Assembly: GCA_030704615.1 (NCBI GenBank)
Contig: CM060731.1
Span: forward strand, 73,160,001-73,224,000
Source of the DNA: Takakia lepidozioides
Lineage: Eukaryota; Plantae; Bryophyta
DNA: 64,000 nt
Direction of reading: 5' to 3'
The notes under the pieces are model-generated. The model worked only from the letters and a program-made list of their open reading frames with translations, did no database searches and had not been told where the DNA came from. The position numbers were made by a program, and so were the translations under genes. Of the stretch, positions 48,501-61,257 are shown one piece after another; position 1 is the stretch's first letter; each line of letters opens with the position of its first letter.

Positions 48501-49150
48501 TACCGGCCCCAAGATGGTACTCTCATGGGTCCGTTCAATCCGGCCCACATGGCTCCTATGGCAATGTACATGCATGCGCCACAGTTCCCCTACCCGGGAC
48601 CTGCCATGGCATATATGCACCCCCATGACCGTTTCCAGCAATCTGTTTCTCAGGTACAGTTGACTCGGCTGTCCATGCCTAATGTGACTAAGCTCAGACT
48701 CCCCTCGGATGCATTGAGTAAGTTGTGACTGACAAATATCAAAAGAGACTAATTCAATGTTTCCAGCATCTTTTTGTGCAAATTTCCTTAAGTACATATA
48801 ATTCCTTTGATAGTGGCTTTGACTTTGGAGAGCCTGGTGTGGACTGCTGGAGTCTGTTTGCATGGAACTCTCTTTAGTGAAGACCTCAGATGGTCCTTCA
48901 TGGTATTGACATGTGGTGGGTTGGGATTTTCAGCAGTGTTCCAGTGTACTGTCTTGCCTCAGAAGTTCAAATATCTGCACACATGTTATTATGCAGAGAG
49001 TGTGACTTCTGTGTTAAAGTTTAACCTTTTGGACTTTGATATCTCACCTAATCATTGTGTTTCTGTTTCTTTCTCATCTGGTGTGTGAATCAGCAACCAC
49101 ATTCACAGCAGCAGCCTGACACAAGTCTCAACCAAGCCCGGCGTCGTTAG
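45507..49150 (+). CDS. R3H and SUZ domain RNA-binding protein; exons 45507-45801, 46710-47119, 47451-47824, 48290-48653, 49094-49150
   Basis: VDGFLREALQNPRDRLT-ILRLEQEVERFI...SYLRLAAHRVAQHY (R3H); KSVEERKEEYNK-ARARIF (SUZ); RVAIFRDREKDRRDPDYDR; Pro/Met-rich tail. Confidence 0.92.
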
Positions 49151-52017
49151 AACACCGGGCGCGGCCTGCCCCTGCCGCCCTTTGTGCATCCCCTTATATT
49201 AAGACTACAGTGAGAGATTCGGGGTACGCATATTGCAGCTCACAGGATATTTTAAATTATGAGTGGCTGGCAGGGAACAATGCAGGCAGACACTGAGGGG
49301 CGTAGTAACTAGTCATTTTAGATTGAGGGCAGCTTTTTGGCGAGTGATGGATGTCGGCTTGGGCAGAAGGGATCGAAGGAACAGAGGAACCCTCTGAGTG
49401 GAAACAGAGTTTGCGTACTTAGGGATTCGTATGGTTTCCACACCTTGCACCCTTCTAGCTTTGCCTTAGGCAGCTTTCTGTGCTGCTCCATCTTAGACTG
49501 GGATTCCCGCTCTCTTTCTTATCTCTGGGTGTTAGCAGTCATAAAAATGCCTGTGAACTTGCTGTAGCTCTCCCTCAGTGTTAGGGTTCGTGTTTGTAGA
49601 TGAGCTGCATCTTGCAAGGAATGATGCAGATAGGATTTCTGGTGAAGGGTTGCGTCTGGGTGAGTGACCAACCTTGCGCTCATGAAATTTGGGAACTGAA
49701 GATCAAGCTTGACCGACCAAGGGTTCCAGCGAACAGGCCAATCTTCTTAGCATGTCGGGTGAGTAATTTTTGGATTCCTGAAGATGCCTTTATGCATGTA
49801 GTGTGCTATTGTTGCTTGTGCAGCTTAAGATATTATAGTTACTATTTGGGATGGCTCTCCCCTTATACTGCTCGTTTCATTAAGTCTCTTGAAGTAGCCT
49901 TTACCTCTTGGTGGCCCACGGCAATTCCTCGCTCAAGGTATCAATATATATATATGGTCCTCGTAGTAAAGCTGGTGTATTTGCTAGGGAGACCTGAAGC
50001 ATCCTCAAGTATGTTGTTGCTGTCCTCTCTGTGCTCGCTGTTGCTGTTCTGGATGGGTAAGTGTTGAAGTACTGTTGAGTTTGAAGTGATGTGCTAGGTA
50101 TTTTAGAGTATGTTGGTAGTGTTAGGATTATTAAGACTGGTTGTGAGACTTTGGTGTTTGCAGACTATATTCCATGGTTTGACCTTGCATGTTCGAAGAA
50201 AGTCACCGACTGGTGGCTGGGAGGGTTCTGGCTTGCAGCACACCCGGTGTCTATGGTGGGATGCCCATCATTCCAGACTTTTTGAGTCTCGGAAGTTCTC
50301 TTCCAAGAGGCAGTTGCCAGTGGGCTCCTAGGTGAATCCCTGATCGTCTCAGGAAAGGGATTTGGGGGGATGGTGGGTTGCTAAAATCAGACATTGCTGG
50401 CCCTTGGGGAGAGGATACATGCCGATGGTCCAGATGAAATGTACTGATCTAGCAGAAGTGCTGCAGGGAGCCTTCCTTGTGGGCCAAAATGGTGGCTACA
50501 GGAGGATTGCGCCACTGGGTAAACAGAGTGCAAGAAGCTGTGTCAAGTAATTGAAGTTGCAACTTGTCTTGCTTAGTGTCATTTGTGTCACCCTAGAATT
50601 ACTGGAACTTATGATAATTAAGAATCTGCTCGATAAGGGTCTTAGGGAGTTAGATTTCGTGCTTTGTTTGAGATCAGTTTTGGCACTAAGCCATGTACTT
50701 CAAGTATTTGCCTCACTTACACTTTACCTATATTGTGATTAGAGTTTTCTTTTGCTTGCTCACTTCAGTACTTCTTACACCAATCAAACAGTGATGTAAA
50801 ACTTGCTTGTATGGCGTTCTCCTTGTCTGGCTCAGATACTTGTCAAATTCTTTCTAGATACGTGCTGCGTGACTTGGAAAGATCATGAGAGTGACTCATT
50901 GTTGTCCGAACTTATTTGTGATTCTCCTTTATTTGAGTTACAGTGATTTTTGCCAGAGTCCTTGGATAGAAATGAGGGAACAGCATTTAGTCTTACCAAG
51001 TCTCCTAATACTGAGTAGGGCAGGAGGGGAGACTGCAATTCTTTCTGTTTGTCCATAGTCCCTCCAACAAGTCATTGCAGTCGCAGTCATGGCAGCGGCA
51101 GCTTCTCTCTTTCAGAACAAGGTGCTTCTGAGTTCAGTCTGCAGCCTAAGACTAAGTCTAAGACTAAGACTTACCTCGGTAGCGTCTTGGGAAAGAAGCA
51201 CCGGCAATTTGAATGCTGTCCATGGATGGCATGGATGGCATTGGATGCGAATGATCGCGGTAGGGTTCCTAGCTCCTGGCAGGGGTCCGCAGAGCCGTTG
51301 GTTGAAAGAGATGGATGGCTCAGTGTTGAGATGCCAAAAAGGTAACGCGGGGCCAACCGACTACGTACTGCTCACTACACACTGATTTAGGGCTTCACTG
51401 AATCAGAAGTCGACGCGTGGAAAAATAGTTCACTGGTTCAAGCAATCGTGACCGTTTGGGCGACCGGAGAACCCGGTCACCGTGCGCTCGTGGCGGCGCC
51501 TCCCGCGCGGACAAAGTCGCGAGGTCGGCGGCGACCGGCTGCGGCGGTCGAGGGGGATGGGCATGGATGGGATGGGATGGGCATGGGATGGGTTAGTGTC
51601 GGGCTGGGCTTTGGGGCTGTGCACTCGTCTGCTCGCGTTCCCTCCTTCGCTGCTTCGCTGCGTCGTGCTCTCGCTAAACCCTGAAGCAGAGCCCTGCCAG
51701 GATCGGCCGTGGTCAATTTGTGGTGTGTGTATGCTGCAGGGGTAACTTCGATGCGTCTCACTAGTATCCGTGGAGTTTGTGGTCTGTGAAATCTGTGTTT
51801 CTGCGTTTAGGCTATTTCAAGATGCGAAGCCTGCCGGGGCTCTTCTTTTGCTGTAAAGTGCTTCTGCGTGTGTCTTCCTCGCGGCCTCGCAGCTCTCTTT
51901 CTGATAGTTTGTCGTCGAAAATCCGTAGGGCTCTTTATTAGGGTGTAGAGTTTGGATACTCTGTGGCTCATTCATCACTCTCCTTCTTTCAAAGATAACC
52001 GAGCGTTTGTCTGCACA

Positions 52018-54337
52018 ATGGAGGGGGCATCCGTGTCCACTAATCCTCGTACGGTGGAGGAAGTCTTTAAGGATTTCAAAGGGCGTCGCTCTGGGATGCT
52101 CAAGGCTCTGACTACCGGTAGGGTTGATGTGCTACTTTCTATAACTCTGGAGTTCTTCTGACGTTGTAGAGAGCGGCATGACTTTAAGTTGCTCGCATGC
52201 TACGCGAAGTAAAAATATTCTCGTTTTTTTCAAGTTTAGTTCGTCTGCGCGCTACAGACTTCTTCTAGGCGCCAGAAGTAACCTTATATGTGATAATCAG
52301 CTTATACGTCTTTTAATTTTGTCTACAGTGGTAGCGGTTTTCCCAAGTACGATTTCTACTAAGAAGTTGAAGAATCATAAGAAAAAGCTTGCGATAATCG
52401 TCTAAGGACCTCTACAGATCGCCGCCGGTGAGTACACTTCTAGGTAGTCAACATATTGATTCCCTTTTGTGTGCACGCCTCACAATGTGCGTGGACCTTT
52501 TTTTTGAGTTTACAGCAACTTCTCTTGTTGGTTTTGCAGAGGTTGAAGAATTTTACCGGCAGTGCGATCCAGGTTAGTTGCGTGTTCTCATATGCTTGTG
52601 TTACGGCAGGGTTGGAACGTTGAAGGGAACTAATAATGTGATGTTAGTTGCAGTGTTTTTAGCATCTGTAGTATTATGATGAGTTCTGGCTTATGATAGG
52701 CCTTCCATTGTTTTGCTTTGTTTTGTATGGTGTTGGTCAGATTTGTTTCAATTTATTTTGATAGTTTCTCTCAAAGTAAGATGCACTCTTTTATTTCTGG
52801 ACGTGCAGAGAAGGAAAATCTGTGTCTGTATGGATTTCCTGATGAAACATGGGAGGTAAATCTACCAGCCGAAGAGGTCCCTCCAGAGCTTCCTGAACCT
52901 GCTCTGGGAATTAACTTCGCCAGAGATGGCATGCAACGGAAGGACTGGTTGTCCTTAGTGGCTGTTCACAGCGATGCATGGCTTCTGGCGGTTTCATTCT
53001 ATTATGGTGCCCGATTTGATAAGAATGAAAGGTCATACAATTTCCCATTTCTTTTCTTTGAGAACTCCACCAGAGTTTTTAGCCTGATTTTGGTATTTTT
53101 CTCTCTTGGAAGTTCATGGAGTAGTTGGCAGTTGCAGGAATGTTTACTGGCCCAAATGTTGGTTGTGTTGTATTGATAGACTGGTGTTTTGTCTAATTAA
53201 AAATTAGTCATTCTTCCACCTTGATGTGATGGTACTTCATTTAATCTAAGATTGTGAAAACTTGTAGTCAGCCACTCTGTTTGTTTCATGTTGTGTTTGT
53301 TGATTGGAGTAAATACTGCTGCTTTTTGAATCTGGGTAATGGCGTGCCACCACTTGTATTTAAAGAGGTCTTTTTCAGATGTCAAGTTTCGTCTCATTCT
53401 CTATACTGATTTATTGTAAAGCTTAATGAAGCTTGCTGGAGTTTACATTTGATAGTCCTTGGTCTTCAGTGGGAGGTCACGGCTTCAAGCTTTCTATGGT
53501 TGCTCATGTATAATGCAACAGTATGACTCAGCAGTTGCTGTCTTGTAATTTGGTCACTGTTTGATGATGGTGTTATTTGTGTTTGACATTTGGACAGGAA
53601 ACGTCTCTTCAATATGATCAATGAACTTCCCACGGTTTTTGATGTAGTGACGGGCAAGAAGCCTGTGAAGGAGAAAACCAGTATCAATAATACTGGTAAC
53701 AAAACTAAGGCTACAGGGAAAGTGGTAAGCGATTAGCTTTAGCCATTTGTAATTTGTGGTCACAATGCAATGGAAGAGCACATTTTAGTATGCTGTCTCC
53801 AATGGGAATCCACAAATATGCTAGTCTGGAATGCGCACACATGCCAACGTGCAAGGATGAGCTAATGATGAGTAACGCTTGGAGGAAGGGTAGTTGGTAG
53901 TTTGGATTGGTTGCAGTTCAAGCTTCACATGTAGATTTGTGAAAATGAATGTTGATTTTTCAAGTATTAAGAAAGCTTTTCTGTGAAGTTGTGTCATATT
54001 TGGAGGAGTGTGGCTTGTTGAGTACACATTCTGGGGATGGTTATGTTTATAGTGGTATGATGTGCAGCAGCGGGGAGCTGAACAGACCAAGCCCTCCAAG
54101 CCTGGCCCCCCCGCCCCAAAGGAAGATGAGGAAACCCTTGAAGATGAGGAAGAGGAGCATGGTGATACTTTCTGTGGAAGTTGTGGAGGACCCTATACTG
54201 CCGATGAGTTTTGGATAGGCTGTGACATCTGTGAGAAATGGTTCCACGGCAAGTGTGTGAAGATTACACCAGCACGAGCTGAACACATTAAGCAGTACAA
54301 GTGTCCATCGTGCACAAACAAAAGGGCGCGTACGTAA
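52018..54337 (+). CDS. Alfin-like PHD finger protein (PAL/DUF3594 plus PHD), about 5 exons
   Basis: [34 protein letters not shown]...[52 protein letters not shown]...[35 protein letters not shown]. Confidence 0.96.
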
Positions 54338-55464
54338 TGGTTTGGGCTGCAGTCTTTTGTAGCTTTAGCCCTTCATAGAAAGCACCCTTTTGGCTAGGTG
54401 CAAGCGGTTGCAGGCCTGCACTGGGTTTCGACAAAAATTGTAGTCAATTGTTACTTGGCAATGGTGGGCAGGAATTCTCATCCATAGTTTAGGTTCAAGC
54501 CAGATCGATCGATTATTGAGCGCACTCTGCTGGAGACCTATTGTACTGGGGTTGCGGATCAATCTTCACTGTTCCACTGAGACTCCTCGCATGCATGGTT
54601 TTGCACATGTCAAAGAGTTATAGCCATCTGCTATGTGTTTTTGTTTCTATGCACTTGCATATTCCAGTGTGCCTTGCGGCAGCCTAGACACATTGTGCAA
54701 TTATTCTATGCTGCCTTGTAATTCCCATGACAGTTCCTACACTAACTAAGGTGGCGAGAGCATGGGTCGGATAGGAAATTGCATCCCATCAATCAATCAT
54801 TCAGGGGGGGTGCAAGGAGGGTGGCATTATTTGACAGGGGACAAAAGTTTTGAACCCTATAGCACAGGATTATTATAACGATTCAGAAAATAACCCTTTC
54901 TCTTTTTAAAAAAAAACCCTGGAATTTTAGGGGAAAAACGTGTTAAAATCTATTATACCCTACCTAGCGGGTATCGATTCAGAAAATAACCAAAAAACCA
55001 AAGGGCCTCTCCCCCTTCCACCAAAAAAAAAACAAAACCCTGGAATTTTTGGGGGAAAAACTTGTGTTAAAATGTTAAAATCTATTATACCCTACCTAGA
55101 GGGTAACAGAGGGACCCACTACTGGGTTACCCTGTGGAAAGCGTGGGCTACGTGGGACCGTTATCCCTGCCTGTCTGCTTTATTGGCTCCTCCCTAAAAG
55201 GGAGAGACCACGCATTGGCGCCAAAAATGAGTAAGATCCTGATATACCTCCACTAGATAATACCTACATGAAGCACATAATCCTCCCCCACTTAAATATT
55301 TGCTTGAATGTACCTTGATTGGATAAGACCGATAAGTGAATCTTACATATGTAAGCTATTCATAAATGAAGACCCATAACAAGGAGCACACACAAGAGGT
55401 CCTTTTGGGTTGATGGTCATGACTCATGAAAAGGGTCAAGGACAATGTGGTGAGGGCACCTTCT

Positions 55465-56265
55465 TCATATGTATGCCAAATGTGGGAGCATTGAGGATGC
55501 AAAGTGAGTGTTCAACGCTATGGCTGAACGAGATGTGTGTCATGGAACGCGATGCTTGCAAAGGATGCACCAGCAGGGTCGCGGGATGGAGGCTTTGGAG
55601 ACCTATGAGCAAATGATGGGGGAAGGCCGACCACATAACCTTTGTGTGCGTATGCAGTGCGTGTGCGAGCCTGGTAGCCCTGGTAAAGGGCAAAGAGATC
55701 CATGGTTGCATCGTCAAATCTACAATTGTATCAGATGTCATCCTGAACATTGCTCTGGTGGACATGTATGCCAAATGTGGAAGCATTGAGGATGCGAAAG
55801 GAGTGTTCAACACTATGGCTGAACGAGTGCAATGCGATGCTTGCAAGATATGCACAGCAGGGTCGCGGGATGGAGGTTTTGGAGACCTATGAGCAAATGA
55901 CGGGGGAAGGGGTGAAGCCCGACCACATCACGTTTGTTTGCGTTTGCAGTGCGTGTGCAAGCCTGACAGCCGTGGAAAAAGGCAAAGAGGTGCATGGTTG
56001 CATCACCAAAGCTGGAATTGTACTAGATGTGATTCTGAACAATACCCTCGTGGACATGTATGCGAAAGGTGGGAGCATTGACGATGCGGAGGGATTGTTC
56101 AACACTATGGCTGAACAAGAAGTGGTATCATGGAACGCGATGCTTGCAGGATGTGCACAACAGGGGCACGAGATGGAGGCTTTGGAGACCTATGAGCAAA
56201 TGATAGGGGAAGGCCGACCACATCACGTTTGTGTGCATTTGTAGTGCGCGTGTGCAAGCCTGGCA
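55465..56265 (+). pseudogene. PLS-class pentatricopeptide repeat pseudogene fragment
   Basis: ALVDMYAKCGSIEDAKGVF, VVSWNAMLAG.AQQG...EALETYEQM, KPDHITFVCVCSACASL...GKEVHGCI repeated across several frameshifts. Confidence 0.9.
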
Positions 56266-57144
56266 TACCAGTCTTTTCCTGGAAGGTAAGTTTCTATTTG
56301 AGGGCTTGAAATGTCAAAAACCTACAGATGTTGACCGCTCGACTAGGTACTTCGGTCATTAAATGAAGGACAAGAGCTGAAAAATTGGGAGTACATATTT
56401 TTCCATCAAGTAACCCAACTCAAGAGGCAATGCAACACACCTCCACTAAAAGCAATTGGGGTGTGAGAAGCAACGAGTGGTGATTGCCTCCTGAATCCAC
56501 GCAAATGCTGCAAATAAATATCCCAGAGGTAGGAGGCATCCATGGTACTTAGGAAAATGACACTCCAATACGTAAGAGATTTTGCTAAAAGTATCTGAGT
56601 TCCCCATGCACATGACCATCTGATATATTGAAAGGCTGAAGTCATTTTTGTTGTACTAATTTGAGAAGCAACTCCGGAGTGAGGAATATCAACAACATTT
56701 AGTGGAAGCTCCATGTCCACCGAGAAATCAATGACACTCATCCGTTGTCTCTTTTCACCAGCTCGCTGTAAATAAGGGCAATTGAATCAATTGAGCAAGA
56801 TGGACTGGTTCTGGAAAGTGGAAATCTTTCGATTCAAAGTGTCATGAGTGGTGGCAGGTGCTAAGGTCATTGAAGCAGCTTTGGCCATGGCGAGCTGGTA
56901 GTAGCACTGGGGAAGGGACTGGGTTTCTGCAAGCGGCCACTGCAGCCAGCCGTGGCACAGGCAGAATGCCCCACTAGTCCATTTGAAACTCTTTTCAATG
57001 CCCCTTCTAGCAATAGGTTGACCCTTGTACCCCTCTCACTTTTGTGTTGTCTGTCGCTCACGGTGGATTAAACTTTTTATTCTAACTTGACATCTTGAGC
57101 CTTTTTACCTTCACTATGGTTCAAATGTGTTGTTTCTCTTTTCC

Positions 57145-57450
57145 ATCCATTGAGGGAATTGTTCTTGTACCTCTATTTACAAACTTTGAAAATCTTGAGG
57201 CTGAGCCAAAAGCCCAGGCCCTTTTGGGGTATAGTTATTGGGCAAATCACGCACAACATATTGGTGTTTGTGTGAAGGGATTTCTAGAGGATATCTGGAA
57301 AACTTGGATCAATTATATGTTTCAAGGTAAGTCATGCTACCGGTGTCAGCCCCTGACAAAGGTAGTTTCTGTCCCTTTGTGCTCCGACGCGGGGATAATG
57401 GCCACAAGACATTGGTTCCATTCCTTTTACGATGAGTCACACTCACTCTT
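57145..57450 (+). mobile_element. Diverged 3' fragment of the LINE family seen at 3975-5299
   Basis: SIEGIVLVPLFTNFENLEAEPKAQALL...KGFLEDIWK matches the LINE C-terminus; ends ATGAGTCACACTCACTCT. Confidence 0.88.
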
Positions 57451-57756
57451 TTTGCAATCTGCATCTTTGCCGCTAACCTTGGCTGCTTAGGGCCACGGGG
57501 ACTAAGTCATGCTTGCTGTACCAAGGCTTTGTGAGGGTCTGCTTGGTTAGTATCTGTCCATAATCAGCTTTCTTTACCTTGGCACAAAATCTGTATAAAG
57601 TACCATTTCATTTCAGTTACCTATGCACAAAATCTGCTAGTTCTCACTGCAGTAGTTACAATGTTGCCATGAAGCATATTATTTAGACAAGGTTTTCTGT
57701 GATCTGATCCGCAAGTGGATGTGCAGCTTGCAATCTTAGGAACACTCAGTGGGACT

Positions 57757-57905
57757 CTATTTCAGTATTTCAATATTTCAATGAAGATTTTCAGCAAGTA
57801 TTTCAGTATTTCAGCCAGTTTTCAGCAAGTATTCTAGTATTTCAGCCAGTTCTTCAACAACTATTTTAATATTTCAGTGAGTATTTCAACAAGCATTTCA
57901 ATAAT
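57757..57905. repeat. Degenerate (TATTTCAG)n microsatellite-like tract
   Basis: Repeated TATTTCAG/TATTTCAA units. Confidence 0.75.
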
Positions 57906-58758
57906 TTAAATACCTAGGTAGTAAATCCGGAGATCAGTTATACATCAATGTTTAATTCACCCATCAATAAAGTTCTGCCATGGCCTCTAGGCTCTGTCCC
58001 CGACATTATAAATAAATAAATTTTTCTATGTTTGACATATAATTCTAATATGTGATATGTGATAAGATATTATATTTCAATATAATATCTGTAGGAAATT
58101 TTTCAACTTTAGAGTTTTAGGGTGGAGCCATTACGCGACTAGCCGCTTGTTTAAACTTTATTTACTGCTACATGTTTAATAAAATAGAAAATATTTTTTA
58201 TTAATTTAATTGTGATTGAAATTGGATTTAAAATAAAGTTTTTTCAGGATCGTCGTTTTACCGCGATTAAAAGTTAACCATCGACCCGAGGTTTTTTCTT
58301 TGAAATTTGGAAAATAACAGGAGTGGCTACCGAGTTTTGCAGGAAATAGCCATATTGTCTGTTCATCCACTGAAACTTGGATAAAATCATCCTCCTCTGT
58401 ATCTTCATCCATATTTAGTGAATTCATCCAAGATTTATATTTTATTTCATCCAAAACAGCGAATTTACGACAGAATAGTCCATTTTATTTTTTGAGGTCG
58501 AAAAAGTGCGAAATTTCGCCAGAAATAATCGACCACAATGTAGTTAAAAATAGACACCTCCGGTCAGCTGATTGGCTATAGGAGGAGGTGTCGACAGGTG
58601 TCAAGTTGGACCGCCCGACATTTCAACGGGTGATCTGACCGGCAGAACATGGCTGGTGCCAGGAATGCCAGCACAAGCATCCAGGGAAGGAATCTGCGGG
58701 GGCAGTGCGAGAGAGAGAGAGAGAGAGGGGAAGAGAGAGAGGATCAGAAAGAGGAGCC

Positions 58759-60316
58759 ATGTCTGTGCAGGCAGCGTGGGTGAGCGCGAGTCCCTGCAGT
58801 TGGTCTACTGTGTCCCGAGCCGGAGCTCATGTGCGGCAATCTGTGCAGCAGCAAAGAGTGTTACTTTCTCCATTCTTGGGCTTCAAAGTGCCCCAAATCT
58901 GTGGCTCGCCATCGCTGCAACGGTGTTCTTTCGTGGCTAAGGTGTCAGCCATGGAAAGGGTTGGAGGATTTTTGAGCAGACTAGCATTAGGTAGCCGAGC
59001 AGCCGTCCAGACTGATGCGGGAGGTTCGAGTATCGCCCAAGGCCCTGATTACGATGTCGCAGCCCCCGGCCAAGAATTTGCCACTTTTGGGGCTGGATGT
59101 TTCTGGGGTGTGGAGCTTGTGTTCCAGAGAGTTCCAGGTGTTAGCAAGACGGAGGTCGGGTACACCCAGGGCCAGCAGCACCAGCCTACGTACTCTGATG
59201 TTTGTTCAGGGAGCACCGGTACTATTCCTTCTGCAACTTCTTGTGTCTTGCCACTGGTATTTTTTTTTGTGCTTATGAGGATTGTCCACATAGATTCTTG
59301 CTTTTTACTTTCTCCTAAGAGAGAGAATTAGTCCTATACTTGAAGTTATGGATGCAAGTCCTTTGGTGGCATGTATGAACATGTAATTCAGTGGATTAAA
59401 TGCCAAGTAAATGAGCAATAGACCTTTGTTGAATTGTGTCTGTTGTTGGTGGAAGTCGAATTCAATTGTCTGACTTCTTCCGAAACCAAAGTCTGAATGT
59501 CGCTGTCACTGAGAGAACAGCCAAGAGCCTAAAGATTAGGGCCACAGGTTTCATTAGGGCCACAAGTTTTAGTCATTTCAGTCTGCAAAGCTGTTGAGTG
59601 TCTATAGTTCCATCGTCAATTGCCACCTGGGAACGTTACATATTGAACGTCATGTAAAGTGGAGGAGCAATGGTTACTGTGTCTACGGATGTGTATTGCT
59701 GTTGGTTGACACAATGTTGTTATGGAGACAGGGCATTCAGAGGTTGTGAGAGTGCAATTTGACCCAAAGGAGTGCAGCTATGGGAGCTTGCTGGATATCT
59801 TTTGGAAGCGCCATGATCCGACCACCCTTAATCGCCAGGTAGTCTTTACATGACAATTTCTCAATTTCGCTTTGGAGGTTTTAGTGCCTGCCACTTCACA
59901 CCTTCCCCTTCCCATCTCTTCCATTGTGGAAAAGCCCCAAGAAATATGATGGAGGACCTCGTCTGTTAGTTCAGAACATAGAGACTACCAATTGTATACT
60001 TGGCATTGTTAAAATGTGTTCATCTCAACCAAGTTGGATGTGGCTGACTTCATTGGGGGATTAGGGAGGGGATGTGGGCACCCAGTACAGATCTGGCATC
60101 TATTTTTACACACCCAAGCAAGAAAAGGCTGCTAAGGAGACGATGGAACTGCACCAAAAGTCAGTAAAACAAAAAGTTGTGACAGAAATTTTGCCAGCAA
60201 AGAAATTCTACCGTGCAGAGGAATACCACCAGCAGTACTTGGCCAAAGGTGGCCGATTTGGTTTCCGGCAATCGACGGAAAAGGGCTGCAACGACCCCAT
60301 CCGCTGTTATGGCTAA
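58759..60316 (+). CDS. MSRA: Plastid-targeted peptide methionine sulfoxide reductase A; exons 58759-59218, 59732-59838, 60065-60316
   Basis: Transit-peptide-like N-terminus; [64 protein letters not shown]...[10 protein letters not shown]. Confidence 0.96.
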
Positions 60317-61257
60317 GGATATACATGCGACAAGCATCTAATTAAGATTGTCTGATATAGGGTTTATGTAGTCATCTCAGACCACGCGGGGGTTTCCTGT
60401 GAACTAGGGGAATCACAATGGCAGATGGGGAGGCAAACAGGCTCTATTTAGTTGTCAATAAGCAATAGCCTTTACTGTACATTGACTGAGATTCTAGTAG
60501 GAAAAACATTATCCTTGTCACTTAAAGTAAACTCTCTTATACAACTGCACACCAGGCACATATCTTGTATCTTTCTATTGTTGTGATGTACGTCTGGGTT
60601 GTTTGAGTTCTTCTAAGTGACACCTTGTGAGTTGTGAATTCATGGACAGATATTGGGAACTTATGTAGTTGCGACAGGCTGGGGACTGCAGCTTGGAGGT
60701 TGCATCCTTCTTTCGTGAGTTTTAGAGCAGTACAAGTAGAATTAGAAACCTGTCTGTAAGGTTAATAGACATGTTCGCTCTTTCTTTGAACAATGTATGA
60801 CTTTGCCACCTTTGTGTTTGTTGTCTACGGAACTGATGTGATCCAGGAAGTCAAAACTGCCCTAGCTTCTGCATGAAGAGGGTGACGCAAATCCTCGCAG
60901 AGGCTGGTTTATGGTAAAATTTTGTTCAAGATTCCTACTTCCTAATGCGGCTGGCTGGATCCGTGACATGACCTTTGGGGGTTGCATGAGGCTTCAAGCA
61001 ACATTTGGGAATTTTTGAACTTTTTTGGACTTCCCTGTCCCTCTCTTGGAGACAGATATGAGCATCTCATTTTCTCCTCCGACTCTGGTAAAAATTACGA
61101 TCGTAGTACAAACAATGCATCATGATGCAGAAGGGTAATAACAACTAGGAGTTTTGACAAGGGGAAGAGAGAGACCCTTGGATGCAACATAGTCTGATGC
61201 AGGCCAACAAGGATTCAACGGTCTTAAAGCTCTCTTTATCTGTGTCTCTCTTAGCTA

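Noticed and set aside
49337-50742. Several short plus-strand ORFs after the R3H gene
   Set aside because: Composition fits 3' UTR or intergenic DNA; no motifs
56400-56750. Membrane-protein pseudogene fragment
   Set aside because: Hydrophobic stretches in shifting frames could not be assigned to a family
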